The position numbers and the translations under genes were made by a program. The notes below the pieces were generated by a model. It did not search any database and was not told where the DNA came from. It worked only from the letters and a program-made list of their open reading frames with translations. Source: Phoronis australis (taxonomy: Eukaryota > Animalia > Phoronida). From it: DNA of 64,000 nt. The stretch lies in assembly GCA_002633005.1 (NCBI GenBank), contig NMRA01000011.1, forward strand, positions 629,370 to 693,369, written 5' to 3'. Positions 1 to 14,000 of the stretch are shown piece by piece. Every line of letters begins with the position of its first letter. Within the stretch, counting starts at the first letter, position 1.

Positions 1-519
1 GGAAATTAATATAATGAGTCGGCGGGTTGCCATCGAACTAAAGTAGATTTGATACATACTAGTTTGACTGACTACTTCAGTAAGATCGCTAAAGCTGAGC
101 ATAAAAATTATATCGGTTTTAGTCTTTGCAAACTAATAATTAAATGCGCATCATGTTAATGAAATAGTAATGCCATTGTGTGTATTCATGGCTTCACTTA
201 CATCCTAAGTTCGGTGAATTGTAACACACCTAACCCATCCTCAGAACTTTTCCGAAATCTTGCTCATCAGAAATTCTCTGTTCTTGAAGAAGGTAATGAT
301 AGGCTCTCCTTAGCTTACTTTGAACAAGCTTGTTAAACCTTTTGGGGGGCTTATTTGGGCATCATTTAATATTTTTGTCTCCAGCCTTGAATGTTCTTAC
401 TTCCTAACTAACATTGCTCTGTAAGCTTGAACACGGTTGTTCAAAAGTGTAAATAAAGCATGGCGTTAGCAAAGAATTTACAAAAAAAGAAAACCCCACT
501 TTGTAAAATATTCGCATTC

Positions 520-976
520 AAGAACGCTAAACACAGTCCACCATCGCAATGTCGCGACAAGGCGCATTATATTATGTCACCGCTATTATCGAGAATGAGA
601 AATTGTTATGAGCGCAGACTCGCCCACAAATCTTTCTCTTGTCTGTCTTCTATAACATGCGATTCCTCCAATTGACAAATTATTTCCAAATTCTACTAAA
701 AACGACCAAACTGTTTGGCAGAGTTTTGTAGCAAAACTTTGCCAGAGTTGGTGCAGGCTGGTTATAAAAACTCACCAAGACATCTGCAAACTCCGAAATC
801 GGTCGTGTTTGCAAACAAAAGTTTGGTAGAGTTCACAAGTGACAATTGTACTTTACTGATGAAAGAACACGCTAATATAAAACAGAATACATCTACATGG
901 CCATTTGTTAGAATCCTTTGCTGACTCAAGCTCACACACGCAAATGTACCCCTCCCCCATACACACGCGCGCGCGC

Positions 977-1018
<42 letters not shown>

Positions 1019-3150
1019 TCGAAGACTTAGTAGTTATTTTCTTCTTAGCCATGAGAAATGATCAGAATCAATACCCTATTAGCCATCTGAACGTGTGTGG
1101 ACATTCCTTATTTACTATCGATCCACCATTCACTACCCGCGACTCTGTGGTTTTGACGAGTCGAGTCCCAAACTCAGATTTTAAAATCTTTTGGTGTTTT
1201 CTTTTAAAGTTGCATCTTACCCTGTTTAGGTAGCTCAAAACGAAAATAGAATTAGGCATTTTTATCTCCATAAAATCAATGTCACAATATCTCCACCGTG
1301 ATAGGTTTATATCTCCATTATCATAAAAACATCGAAACCAGCAGCGACTGATGCAACGCTTTAGGGTTTGTTAAGGTTGGTCAATTCCAAAAATTGTGAA
1401 TTCAAAAATGGCGCATGTACATGTACGCATTAACTTTGGCTTGAGTTGCTGCTTGTTCGACAACAATTCAAGTTCAAATGAGTGTGGTAATGTCTTAAAA
1501 TCCCAAAGCGTTTCGGCCGGTTAAGAATTCAACATTCAAAACTAAACAGCCATGAAATGTCCTTTTTAAAAGAATTCAATTTTCAGTATTTTAGGTTCAG
1601 TCAAAACACGAGCGCGAATTATTTTCAACAACATCAGTTATCTGTCGCCTAATTTGGAAACTTCTGGCAGCGGAATGTGATTTTAAACACATGCTCAAAT
1701 TTTTAACAAAAGCCTAGCCATAATACAAAAAATTATTTGTTTGCAGAGCCACACATAGCTTAAACTTGTTAGGTTCAATATCTCTTGGATGATTGCGTAA
1801 ACTCTGTGCGGATAGTTTCGGACATAAATTTCGAAATTAAGCATGTGAGGTATGTAGTGATTTCCGTACTGAGAGGTTCTGATTAGCTGTTCTTCCATCT
1901 TACGAACATATGCAAGTGAAAAGTATTTATTGATCGAGTGAAATGAAAATTATCTACCGCAAATAAACCTCTAAGGCTTAGCCATCGCAATCGTCTAATG
2001 TAGATCCATCGGGGCTATAGCTTGTCATATGAGGCAGGTAACTTTTTATTTGCAACACAAGAATTGAAAATTGTTTCATACTAACTCTCTTCATTAGTGC
2101 AAACACGTAACTCGTTACGCTCACACTACGAAAATCTACCTTATTATAGTTTACAACAAAATTTGAGAAGAGAATTTCCACATCTTTGACTGTAGACGTA
2201 ACTGTATGAAAATCTTAAAAAGTGATCTCATTTTGTTTAATTTCCAAAAAAATTGTTTCATATTTCAAGTAAGAGTCAGGCCCGACAGAAGGCAGAGATA
2301 AATTACTCGGAAGGCTAGAAAGTTGATGAGTATATTCTCGAATGCCACCAAAATCAGTCCAGCCCCCTTTGTTATCAAATCTCCTCGGTTGTCCCAGCTT
2401 TTGGCTCTGACTCCCACCCAGGTCACCGACTACGTAAGTTTCCCCATCGAGCTTTCGATGAACATTGAAATCTCGTGCTGGCAAACGCAGTTTTCTACAT
2501 AAAGTTTGGAGAATGCGGCTGGTTCCACCCGCTCTCTCCTCACGCGCGTTTTCGCGTCACGTGATCGCTAATTGTCTTTGGAACTGAAGCGAATGAGATG
2601 TCGGTTGTGCTTTGAAAGTTGACCGATCAAAGAACAAAATCGATCAAAGTCATTCACTTTGAGACAGAACGACCAACACGCCCGGAAAATCTCTGATAAC
2701 AAAGTGACTTTCTGAATGAAGCTTGAGTAGCAGTTACAAATTTAGTATTCCAATACCGAATGACACACAACACAGTCGTTCGTTAAATGGACCTCATACA
2801 AAGCGTTGACGAAACTTATGAAAAAGCAGAACTTCATTTACAAACGGCTGAGACAGAAATATAAGTTCACCATGTTTTATGTGACCCTATTAATTATGAA
2901 TAAAGACCCATCCTTATCTCAATAATATAGCGAATAACACGAGCTTATTAAAATCAAAAACCCACTGCTAGTTGACGCGACGGGAGGTCCAGCTGCTCCG
3001 TCTGTCTTCTCAGTCGGTTGACGGACGGTAAAGAACAGGTTCGTGCAGACAACCAAAAGAGCCTGGTCCACGAATGTACGTCTTTCCATGTCTGAGTGTT
3101 CATTTCCCATAGAGACAGGAAATCGGAAGCCGGTCAAACCTAGTCTGTGA
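520..3150 (-). pseudogene. Decayed LRR(-7TM GPCR) gene relic A
   Basis: LRR-like fragments NALYEVHLTND, QLSSLPSNL, IFLEIKQNEIT, SVTSYVFALM, FRNLCPKLSAQSLRNHPRDIEPNKF (~1738-1836) and KRTFHGC. LRRCT-like CTCAIFEF at 1398-1421, then TM-like ANRVLILII, VFCFILACS and DFGVCRCLGEFL. Many stops and frameshifts. Confidence 0.6.
960..1017. repeat. (CA)n/(CG)n microsatellite
   Basis: Directly visible. Confidence 0.98.
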
Positions 3151-3479
3151 TTCGTATCGATTTCTGGTGGCTGGCCTGTTCCCTCGGTGTCCGCTCATTG
3201 AATGCAAACGTCTCCTGTCTCGTAGGAAATTTAGTCGTTGTGAGACACTGCCGCCGAAGATGGTTTAAACACCGTATGCATTGTGGCTTATTAGTGATCT
3301 TGACATTAGAAATTGATTCACTTACTAACTGAAATAAATGGACGTGATAAATGGAAGCCCGCTTGTCTCCTCTGCATTTTCATGTAATTTGTATTTGTAC
3401 GTACATTCAGACCATATCAGACACATTGGAATTCGATTCAACAAACGTTCAGTTAGAGCGTGTTGACCTCAACGTTTGA

Positions 3480-6420
3480 TCCGTCTGCTGGTTCTTTAGA
3501 AGGCAATCTTTTACATGAAAAACAGCTACAATTGTTTGTGTAAAAATTGAGAGATGGAAATGGGGGAAACACTGTTAACATACGTTTCTATTTATCATCG
3601 TTGTACCTTACACATTTTCAAAGTGCACGTGCGTCAAGTATGACGTGAGCGCACTTGAAGAATCATGTGGCGAACGCATGCACAACAGATATACTATACG
3701 ATACCTTACACCCTTCCGGTGAAGCGACTTCCTGATAGAATGTGAGCCCTTCATTTTCGAGCAAAATGTTACCTAATATCCGAAGTAATCAACTGGATTG
3801 TGTTTACAGTCAGTCTTAAACAAATTATATCGTCAGGCTGTGCTAACTGTGGTACAGAAACAAAAAAAAACAATAATTTGTGTGAATCGAATGAACAAGC
3901 CTAATAAAAGTATCAATACTGCCACATGAAGAGTAAATAAAGGATTAACTGACCCGGCGCAAAAGATGACCAGTGTCAAGCGACCATTTACACAAACTCG
4001 ACTGAGAAACGGTGGCACTGATGACGTTGTAGGCAAGAATGTGGAGTGATCATGCTCAAAGTTGAAAATTGCGGGGAGTCACAGCTCATTACTATTTTTC
4101 CTGGTGTTGTGGTTCTTGTTATGGTGCGTCTAATTCCCCCAAATGTCCGTAATTCGTGGCATTGAGTTGTGCTTCAATTTTTGTAAATATACGCTCACCA
4201 ACGCTTCCATCTGTAGGCCTACTGTACATAACCAAGCATTTAAATCTAACCCAGTCTTGACTGTTAAGTGTGTGTGATATTCTAACAATTTCCTAACTAA
4301 ATAAACGGTCGTCAGGGTCAAAGTTAGAATGCAAGGCGATGAGCAGCTGATTGGAGAATCGTAAAAATTGCGCGAAAATGATCACCTGTATCACATATGT
4401 ATATATATGGGCATTTTTTGTCCAAGCGCAATAGAGATGATACCTTCCGCCTTGCCTCAGTTTCGGGTTTAGATGTCTAGTTGACACAGAGCAAGATGAT
4501 CGGACACAAGTTGCTCTACATCACAAACGGGTGTCAAAAGTAGTCACCGTAGTGTCAGTTAGCTCCCTGTCTCTCCTGTTTACACACATACTTGTGCTCA
4601 ATCATCTCGTTCCATGTCAGGTGATCCGTGTCAACTTTTGTAGTATAAACGTCACTAAAACAAACCAGATTCAAGAAGTGTGCAGAGAGCACCAGCGGAA
4701 GAGAGGCAGGTTGGCTATGTGCGATCTGACTTTGATAATATCTATGAGTACACAACATCATTGCTATATCACAAGGCGGCGCAGCACTGAAATGAGCCCC
4801 CTATGTTGCGCTGTCCATGTATTTGCTGTCAAATTGGCGGATGACAAAAGCGTTTGCTTCAACAACTTGTTCTCAACTCGGTTTTGTACTTTGAAATTAT
4901 TTTGAAGTTATGTCTATTTCTTTTAAGAAAAAGATAGTTCCCAAAGATTCACAAATCTTGTGTTTTAACCATGCAGCTGCTGCAGAACTCAGTTCTTTTC
5001 CGCGAGTTTCTGTCACTTGGTGCTTTTCTCGAGATTATGTTCATTATGGCGATGACCGATGAAATGGTTACAAATGCGTCAGCTGACACTTTTCTTGAGG
5101 GAATGTCAGCGACATGATTTTCACGCTTTTTTCCATTTGGTAAATATTGAAAGGGATTCTCCACCATTATACATACGTGGCTACAAGATAAACGCGAACA
5201 CGAACGTGTGCAGTGACGGATTTAGGAGAGGCTAGGGGGCCATGCCTCCCCTACAATTCTTCCAGGTTCCATTTTGTAGTTCAGGGGAACGAATTTCTGA
5301 CAGGAAAAAATCCTGACTAGTACTCTACCCTTCCCCTCTACCAACTTAAAACTTGTCCTGGTTCCGCCCCTGATGTGAGGTCGGCATTTTTGCTTAGTAT
5401 TCTAAGTTTAACGTTATGGCATTGCCTTTGATGTCCGATACTAAAAGATAATGTCTTTTTCGAATGATAATAGCGCATCGGGTTACTTGTGGAGATAATC
5501 TGACCGGATCCAGTAAGCAATGCGCTAGTGTCGACTTACAAAGTAAATTGACCAATCTTGGGAAAATAATAACACGTTGTCACATTGTCCATAGCTGTCT
5601 CGCGCCAGAAATGCAAAACGCTCCCGTGGAGATCGAGTTCACATGGGAGCTTTTTCTGCCCCCGCTTACTTCCCACAGGGTCCCTTGATGGCTTTATGGT
5701 GGTAGGGATTCCTTCGGACATGTCAATTACATTGGCCTAGTACCATTTTGAATCCATGTATGCAAACATATTATTTTTACGACTGTGTCTCCACTGCGCG
5801 TTGGTTGGCTGAAAAGGTTTAGACTCTCGGTCTGTTGTTAGAGAGAACGATGGTGCGAATTCGAATACTTTCAATGCAATTTCAGATCAAATGTTTCTAA
5901 TGCCCAAGTGACGTTACCCGGAATTTTGGGAAAACGGGCCCCCGTAGACCCTACGGAAAGTGGCTCAGTATTCTCGCTGATAACCCCATCGACTCACAGT
6001 CACCATGCCAGATGTCTCTGGATTTCTGCTGCGCCAGCGAAGCTTATCCCGTTTGATTCAATAATGTGCGTTGGCGCACTAATCTTGTTTGAACATTCAG
6101 TTACAGACCACAAGGTTCTAGCTTTTGTCGTTGAGTACAAGCAGTTAAACTCGTAGAGGTGTAGTGGGAGCGCCGAGGATCAGCCGGAAATATTTTGGAT
6201 GACGCCCACTCGTTTTGACCGTTTAGGTATGCTAAAATGTGCACAGGGCAAACGACAGGAAGTACTGTCATGAACTTTGTCTGTTTTACATTTATATTAC
6301 ATGAAAGAACACTTGCTTGGGTATACGTCTCTTTTCTTTCAGCCAATCCCGACATTTAAAACAGGAACACCGGCGATCGGACAGGAAACCCAGACAATTT
6401 TTCAATTTTTCTGAGACTAG
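3480..6420 (-). pseudogene. Decayed LRR-7TM GPCR gene relic C (domain order nearly complete)
   Basis: LRRNT SCP..RCSC (~6360-6390). LRRs SNKIS..SFAG, ALETFDL..NCIESI, NMFAYM..VIDMS, ELDLHGSVL (~5610-5642), LKEIDI and VEANAF. TM2 HFLNLVCFSD; TM3/ICL2/TM4 ILTLT..DR..VRKLLEYHTHLTVKT...W; TM5 LLLGLFIRFTQIIVFFC; TM7 YVNSVSPISISQFLHKQL (3529-3582). Confidence 0.7.
5211..5372. mobile_element. MITE of the CAGTGGCGGAT...ATCCGCCCCTG family
   Basis: Imperfect TIRs cagtgacggatttagg / cctggttccgcccctg; flanks gtgtg/atgtg. Internally similar to 52908-53076. Confidence 0.75.
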
Positions 6421-7243
6421 GTCAGTAACCTCAAACTTTGAGTTAAAGCACCTCCAAGTACTTTTCAGTTATTTTCTACAGTCGTTTGTTAAAATTTGCC
6501 AGTAATGAAACTTAACTTATATTATATTGACTTTGTTATTTGATTTTATCGGTAAAACTCGAGCAACTTGTATTTGGGCGAAATTCAACATAATCCATAC
6601 TCTCAGCACATTGTTATCATTTATTATCTCGGTGAATATTACGTTAATTTTAGATTATTCAATAGTTTCTCCAGAAATATTCTCAAAAATGAAAATCAAA
6701 GGTAATATTTCTACCTTCGAGTGCCATTGTTGATTAATTCCTTTAAATATCTTTACAACTAGACGCATTTTAGGGTTCGTCGATTAAATTGTCGAGAGTA
6801 TTTATATTACTTCCGGCACAGTCAATTTCCGGATTTCGAAATAGACCGCGAGAATTATTCACTCAAAAGATCTGCATCGTCTCCAAATTCACCGTTTTGC
6901 CATCAAAAAACTGTACTTCAATTCATCAGAATATGGAATCGGAATTTCTGAATTCAACGCGTTTATACTCTTTATGGCGGAGCATTGCTGCAAAACTTTT
7001 TTTGAAATTTGATTTGCTGGTTTAAAAATACTAAAAATTTGTAACGAAATGAAACCAGTTATGGTCATTTGTTGTGGCATGTACCCAACCTCGTGAAAGA
7101 AGAACGGTTGATTGAAGAATTGGGGGGAAAAGAAACTGGCCAATAGGTGACGCAATAATTTAGGGAGAATTAATTTTTTCTTGAACATAAACACAAAGTA
7201 CTTTAAAGGTACTTAGGTACTATTTGCTTGATATAAACAATGT

Positions 7244-8150
7244 TTGACAGAAAGTGCGGGAGTGGTACGTGTTTCGGTCCCGGAGTGTCCTGTCCGATTC
7301 TCGGGGTTACTGTTTAAAGGTCAGGGTTCGTGTTTTTCGGGCTGGTTAGCTGTTTTGAAGGTGCGGGAATCTGTTTTCGAATCCAAGATATCTGTTTTAC
7401 ACCGGGGTTCCAATTTATACGGAACACCTTGAATAAGCAAATCATAAACAGAAACGACTTGTGCGTGAATTATAAAGCTGCGTCTTATGCATTTGCAGAT
7501 TCACGTGCACACGGCTTGGTCACCTGCTTTTCGTTTTGAAGTGCAACGTCAACATTCCTTTTTTTCGTTTAAGCCTCTGGGTCAAATATTTGTTAAAGTG
7601 CTATTGTATTGATGCGATAAAGAGGTGCTGTCTATCTGTTTAAAAAGCATAATCCATCAACCAATCACTAATAAAATATCATGGCTAGTCTGCTAGCAAA
7701 GCATTTGTACGTTTTTGCGTCTCGCTCGGTTTACATAACAATTGACTTCTGTGCTCAGTATTACTTTAGACCAGATTAAGTTAAGATGAATTACAAGTAA
7801 GCTCAAACACTTCGTTTACTTTCAGAATATAGGCCTACTCTTAGATTCTCGGTTTGATTAAACGAACTGTCTTTCTCATTAGTTTCATATCGATTGCCTG
7901 TTAACGACTGCGATTTGGCTGGACGTGTCAACTTAACAATTCCCGGGATTTGTTAGATTGTGTCCTAATTATTCAATTTGTTTCATCATTTTCGGCGGAC
8001 GAATATGCTCACAAAATTAGGATTTCATTCTTTCACTCTAGTCAGTGAGCACTGAGCTGTAAGTGAATATTTTGTGAGTACTTTCAATTGACATTTTTTT
8101 CTTTGTATGAGTATTTCGAATTCACGTTTTAAGTTGCATACTTTCTGTAA
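7244..8150 (+). pseudogene. Decayed LRR gene relic J (N-terminal part), head-to-head with C
   Basis: Its LRRNT DNA is similar to the reverse complement of 6350-6390. Fragments SYAFAD, NKISWL, SLGLHNN*L, WLDVS and MLTKLGFHSF. Confidence 0.5.
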
Positions 8151-10020
8151 AAACGAAGTTGTGTGTATTTAAGCGTCACATGCGTTGAGCAGTAGAAGGC
8201 GCTGAAAACAATAGTATTAGCCAATCACAAACTGAAGACCCTGTTTCTGATACCCGTGGTAGATGCAAATTACATTTACCGCGGGTACCGGAGTAAACAA
8301 CCCTTGGCTGATGGCCAAAAAGTAACATTAAATGGTTTACCCAAGTGATTATATACGATAATGAAAAGGCAGACAATAGAAATATATTCACATGCATAGC
8401 GTGCGTCAGAACATCTCTCGTTGTGTTTCCAGCGGCCTGGAAAACTAATCAAACTGCTGAGGATTTAATCAGTCAAGTGTAGCCTTTAATTAGGAGAAAT
8501 GTGTATTACGTTCTGCATATTTTGAAAAAAGGATTTTATGGTTCAGGGCTATCATTTGCTAATACATTTTAATAAAGCTGGTTTGCGCAAAATTGACTGA
8601 TTTTATTGGAAATAAAGCTGAAATATCAGAGTTATCTTAAAAATGTCAGAAGGTAGTGTAATCACAATTACATTTGTTATTAAATTATTAAAACAGCGTT
8701 TAAGATTAAAAGCTGAATAGCAAAATCTGCTGGGCGAATGGACACAACACCCAGAAGGACTAAGTCCACATTTGGCAATTCTGTTGCTTTCCGCAACTAT
8801 TCCATCTCAGCACACATGAATGGTAATTCATATGTGCAAATTTTGGATGTTTGATGTGACATCTACAGAGTGTATGATAAGCACGACACCAACGGTTTTT
8901 AATGGAACTGCTCCAGCCTTCAAGTTTAGCAAACATTTTTGTCTTTGTACATTTTTTTTTACCCAGAGACTTAAAAAACGCAGTTCGGTACCAAGACAAA
9001 GAGCATTCGATAACGCAACTCTAAGCTCCATATTACTTATATTTTCACGGATTTACCAAAATTGTTTCAAAAGCCTTACTGTTGATTGTAAATGAACTTT
9101 TACTACAATGCGCAGAAGGGCCGTCGGAGGCCAGGAAAGGAGTTTGTTTTCCGACAAGTGGGACGGAGTTTAACAACACTGCATTTGTCTGTCGAAGTGT
9201 CACTTTTCTATGGGCCGATGCTGTGCCCTAATTGTGATATGGGATGCGCGTCTCTTAAAATGTCGACAAAAACTAATACAGAATTGGCACCAGCCGCTTT
9301 TGTTCTTCCTTTTCCTTTTCCTTAATTTATCATACTTTTAGTAAAAATATCACCTCACTTCCACCACTTGAAACCTAAACTCATCACTTCTATAGTATGA
9401 ACATCAAAACCGTCCGGGTAGTTGTAATTGAAACCAGTTTCATATAAGGTGACGGTGGGATTTGTAAAACACATATTTTAGTGATATTTGGACTTTTAAT
9501 TTTGTTAGTGTGACCGACAATGTTTAAATGTGTCTGTTCAAATACCTGAGGCAGTGTTTTTGGTCAGTAATGACGCCCTCTACACGAACTCCAATTATTG
9601 AATTTTCCACCAAATTCATTGACAGTTGCACGGAAATGGGCAACTTTAAACGGGGGAACTTCATACATACAGCGTTCGAACCGATTACGTCATTGGTTAA
9701 TTTCAACACCTCCGTCTGCCGTCAGGTGTCAGGTAAAACAACTGAACTTGCTGTTCTCGAGTAGAACTACTCGATCTAAATTGATACAAAATAGGTTGTT
9801 TTGGGGTGGCATTCTCCTTTAACGACTCAGGTAGATAATTTTATCCAAGACATAACCTTGTTCGTTTCAGATGACCGTTGTCATTGTTGGATTGTAGGCA
9901 GAATACACATAATCTATACACACAAATAGACCTTGTTCTATCTAGAAAAGAAAGTTGGACCTCCCAACTAGGACACAGGTTGGTTAATTTGTCGCTGTCG
10001 TTTTTTTTTACTTTTAATTC
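8150..10020 (-). pseudogene. Decayed LRR(-7TM) gene relic B
   Basis: HLKRTRLCLG*NYL, NLDRVVLLEN, TEVLKLTNDVI..FPRL, LSENKLLSWPPTAL (~9110-9160), TINSKAF, ITLPSDIFK, LGKPFN; TM1-like LANTIVF at ~8200-8223. Confidence 0.6.
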
Positions 10021-10849
10021 CACGGTTGATGTGGAAAGCAAGATCTCGCGTGATTACGGGAGATGTTGCCGTGTATCATTGAAGAGGACCACGTGATTTT
10101 AGCTAGGTTTTCCTCACCGCGAAACAGTATTGTAGTAATGTACATGATAACGTCACACGGAAATGGACGAACTTTGTATCGAATGAGTATGATATTTTCG
10201 GCTTGCACAAAGCCGGCTGGGCGTTGCAGGCTAGAACGAGAATCCCGAAATGACGCAGTCAGAATGACAAAATGTTTATCAAACATCAATTGGAACACAA
10301 CATCAACTTAAAAAATGTTGATTCCACGGTTCACACAGCGAGATTAAGTAGACAAGTGTGAATACTGGCCGTCTCACAAGAATGGCTTAACCTTTATACA
10401 CAGGAAAAACAGCCAATGTACTCCTACAACACGCTCATTTATAAAAATCTAAGGCTTTCCTCGCCCGGCTCATCTTTTGTTCACAGCCCGTGTTCGTAGG
10501 TACCCTTTTTGCACTTCTGTCCCTTGCCCCATCCTACACTTGCTTGTCACTGACGGAAATAAGATTATTTAGTATAAACCCCCACGCAACGTTTGAAGAC
10601 CATTCATATTTTGAGACGGAATCCTTTGTTTGTGTTTATTAATACCGTGAGTTGTTGGCTCTAATTACACGTGGTAAAACATGGACCGAATGGGCCTCAT
10701 TGAATGCTTTAATAGCTAACGGGACTATTTTAGTTTGAAGCTTGCCGTTTTGCCTCGAATTAACTAACGCTGCATCATCAAGAAATAGTTTAACTCATAA
10801 AACCCAACAATGTTACTACTTCAGTCATGATCTTAGTGCCACCTATCGG

Positions 10850-11900
10850 CAGTAAACTAAAGCTTATTTCCATAAAATATAGCTTTTGTATACTTTGAAA
10901 TAGGGTAAATATACGTAGAAGCTTGCATTTCTATTAAATACCTGCAAAGCAATCTACCACTGCCAAAGGTTAAATTGCGGTTATTGCCAAAGTTCAAATA
11001 CCAGCTGGAGCCTACAGTCTGCATGTTCATCCACACCAATGCCAAGCAAAGTCATAAAGTCAGGTCAGATAGTGCAAGAGAAATTTTCTCTTATATTTCC
11101 TGATTATCGTCACATACACAAACGTTGTTTACACTGTGAAGAAGAAAGGGTGGCTGGTGACGTAACTGCCACAAGAACGTCTGAGTAAAGTCAATTAAAT
11201 TTAAAACATGACAACTATGATCTGTGACCGTGAAAAAAGACACAATTTGGTACAAAGTGCTCTCCATTTCAGGTCTTTGCCACAGAGTATTCTTGTGTGT
11301 CATTATCAGATTTTGCGATCAAACTTTAATATGACTATATAATATAGGGTCTGCTGGTAATGTTTTGTACAAGCGTCATGATGACGAAGACGCCAAATGC
11401 ATCAAACACACAGAATGCTTTCAACCAACGTTACAACCAAGCTGAAGGAACAGGAAGCCTGCGCTAAGGAGCCTGATCAATGGTTTAACGGCGTATGCTC
11501 TACCTGCCGTCTACATACATTGGCGGATCTAGGATGGCGTAAAGGGGAGGGGGTCCAACCACAATTTTCGGAGGAAATATGTCCAAACAAAGCCTTGAAA
11601 ATAGTATGACGACAGAACTTTTTGGCCGTGTCTGCAGGAGGAACCTAAATCCGCCCATGATATACTGCTACAACTACGAACCCAAGCCCACCACCCAAGC
11701 AACGTACAGAATACCTTGGTTAATTTCATTGAGTGAGTCACCGGACTCCTGTGTTCCACTGATCCGGTTCCAGAAGTGGTACCAATGCTGTGCTGCATAA
11801 AAACAGAATGTTTCCATGAATCGCAAACTGTGGATCCGACCGCAATCACAAGAACTGTCTCTTTGCATTTTTCAATCCTATTTATATAGAGCCACACAAA
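10850..11900 (-). pseudogene. Decayed LRR gene relic D
   Basis: SSCDCG (LRRNT-like), SLNEINQGIL, FLQLGCN, VLNLIDF, YLNFGNNRNL. Interrupted by the MITE at 11518-11659. Confidence 0.4.
11518..11659. mobile_element. MITE with the same type of termini
   Basis: cattggcggatctagg ... cctaaatccgcccatg; flanks acata/atata. Confidence 0.75.
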
Positions 11901-12480
11901 GATATTAACGGGATCAAATAATTTCAGTGTTGATAAACCGCAAAATCCAACGTTAACTCGATAAACGGCTGTAATCCGTGTTCTTGATAATCAGAGAAAA
12001 CGCCAATGACTGGTGCTCATATTTCATACGAACAAACGAGCAATTAATTTTAAATGGCCAGAAATTGGTTCGTTAGTTTCAAATCAAAAGATGTTCACAA
12101 AACTAATGCTAGTCACGAGGAATTCGCCAGGTGTCGCATACGCTCAACACAAATGCGGCTGTTGAAGAGTGGAAGATAACCGTGCTCTTTACTATTGTCC
12201 GATATTTTAACAGATCTGCGGATTCAATCAAATTTAGTAAAATAGCATGTAGATACTGAAGCGCTTAAATTCTTATGAGCAGAACGAAACCAGACTCTCC
12301 TCAACCAAATGTGCGTGCAATCTTGGGGAACAGCATTTTGTCTATTCCCATGCAGTCAAGTCTTTCCGGTTGCATGAATGTGTCGTGACATATTCGTTAC
12401 TATTTCCGTCTCTTTCGCTTCAATTGCCGCCAGCTTATGTCACAACATTATCACGCAGTTCAGTATTCAACTAGGCCTAA

Positions 12481-12518
12481 ATTATCCATCCGGATTATCC
12501 ATCCGGATTATCCATCGG
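12481..12518. repeat. 13 bp tandem repeat x3 (attatccatccgg)
   Basis: Directly visible. Confidence 0.9.
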
Positions 12519-13594
12519 AATAGTTCTTTATTCTCCGTTCCTACAAATCTACACTCGCTTTTCGGTCCCTGGTTCTAAGACAAACCTTACAACGTCACTT
12601 CGAAAGCTAAATTGTCACATCAACGTATTCAAGTACTAACTTCGTAATCCAACACACAACATGAATTGTCGTACTTATATCTGGTCACGTTATTTCCACA
12701 GGCAGTATTTTCAGACGAAAAGAGCATTATCTTGTAATATTGGCCATTAAAAAGTAACGACAATCCACCATTTCATCTTTTGATAAAGGCTTCCGTTTCT
12801 CGTTAATTGTTTCTTCGTCGAACTATTTTAAGCGGACACAGGAAATGACGTCGATTGCACGTGTTGTTCGGCAGCTCCAAGTGGGGAGTTTCATGGCGGA
12901 GACAGCCGGTTTCACCATCTGGTGGCTGCGCATTCAAGTGTAGTTGTTTAATACAAATGTCTACTTGGGTAATTTATTGTTTATTACAAGAGCCGCGTCA
13001 GTTCATCCCCCTCAAATTACAAGCTCCATTTCACAGCTTCGTAACTCCATTCTTGTAATCGTGGTTTGAACTTCGACGAGATAGACCCGCCGTTGTCATC
13101 GCCAATGTTCAGCTCCTGACATTTGAAATGCCATCGTTGCTTTCTTATGAAGACTTTAAATTATTTATGCCCGTCGTGTAACGATATTAACTAATATCTA
13201 TAAAGGGACGTAATACAAACGTGAGCAGGCGTCTGTTTCCGGCGAGAGATCGCAATATCTTTTATAGTAGGGTTTTGTAAATAGCGTTGCGGAACATTAA
13301 TTAATCTGTTCGCGTTATACAACGAGTGAGGAATTTGTCCTTAGGGAGCACGGAGAGTTTTGCACAGATTTGAAATTACTTTCGTGTGTAACGTAATTAT
13401 TGGTGCTGTTTAATACAAATATTTGTTTATTTTAAGAATTGATAGTTGGTGATGTGTCTTTTAGCTAGATAATTCCTAAATTTCTTTCATAATATTATTT
13501 TTTTGCAAATTAGAAATAGGAAGATGAAAACAGTAGTGACGCCAGATTACAGCATAAACGATGTTTCGCTATTATGCATATGGCATTTTCATGT

Positions 13595-14000
13595 ACACCA
13601 CCGTCAAGCAGACTATAGAACAAATTACACAGTGTACCACACAGCATCTATCAACCAAAAACTAGCCATCACAAACCCAGCCTGAACGCCTCAACAATGC
13701 CATCGAATGACCCCCCCCCCTCGCACACACAAGGAGGGCCCGCATGCGAACACCTATGGACCAAGAGCTTGACATAACCATTGTCATGATCAAGAGCTCT
13801 GGCCTCAGGAAACCCCGCAGTGTAGTCAGTGTTGACGGAACGAACACACGGGCACTGCCGAGTAGGCCGACGTCATTCGTGTGCTTAGCCAGTCTATGAA
13901 ATCTCGAGTGGCCAACGCAAAACTCATGGCACACCCGACAAGCCACGCTACAAATCTGCACGATATTCAATCTAGACTCAAGTCTGGACAAAAACTCTGA
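13595..14000 (-). pseudogene. Inverted paralogous fragment of relic E (LRRCT-hinge-TM1 region)
   Basis: Its reverse complement aligns by eye with 14300-14509 plus 16621-16770 (e.g. ttgagtctagat, tttcctgaggccag, tgatcatgacaatgg, gttcgcat.cgggccct). Confidence 0.75.

Noticed and set aside
762-1052. ORF with a CVCVCV run
   Set aside because: The Cys-Val run is the translated (CA)n microsatellite; only the distal part may be 7TM relic.
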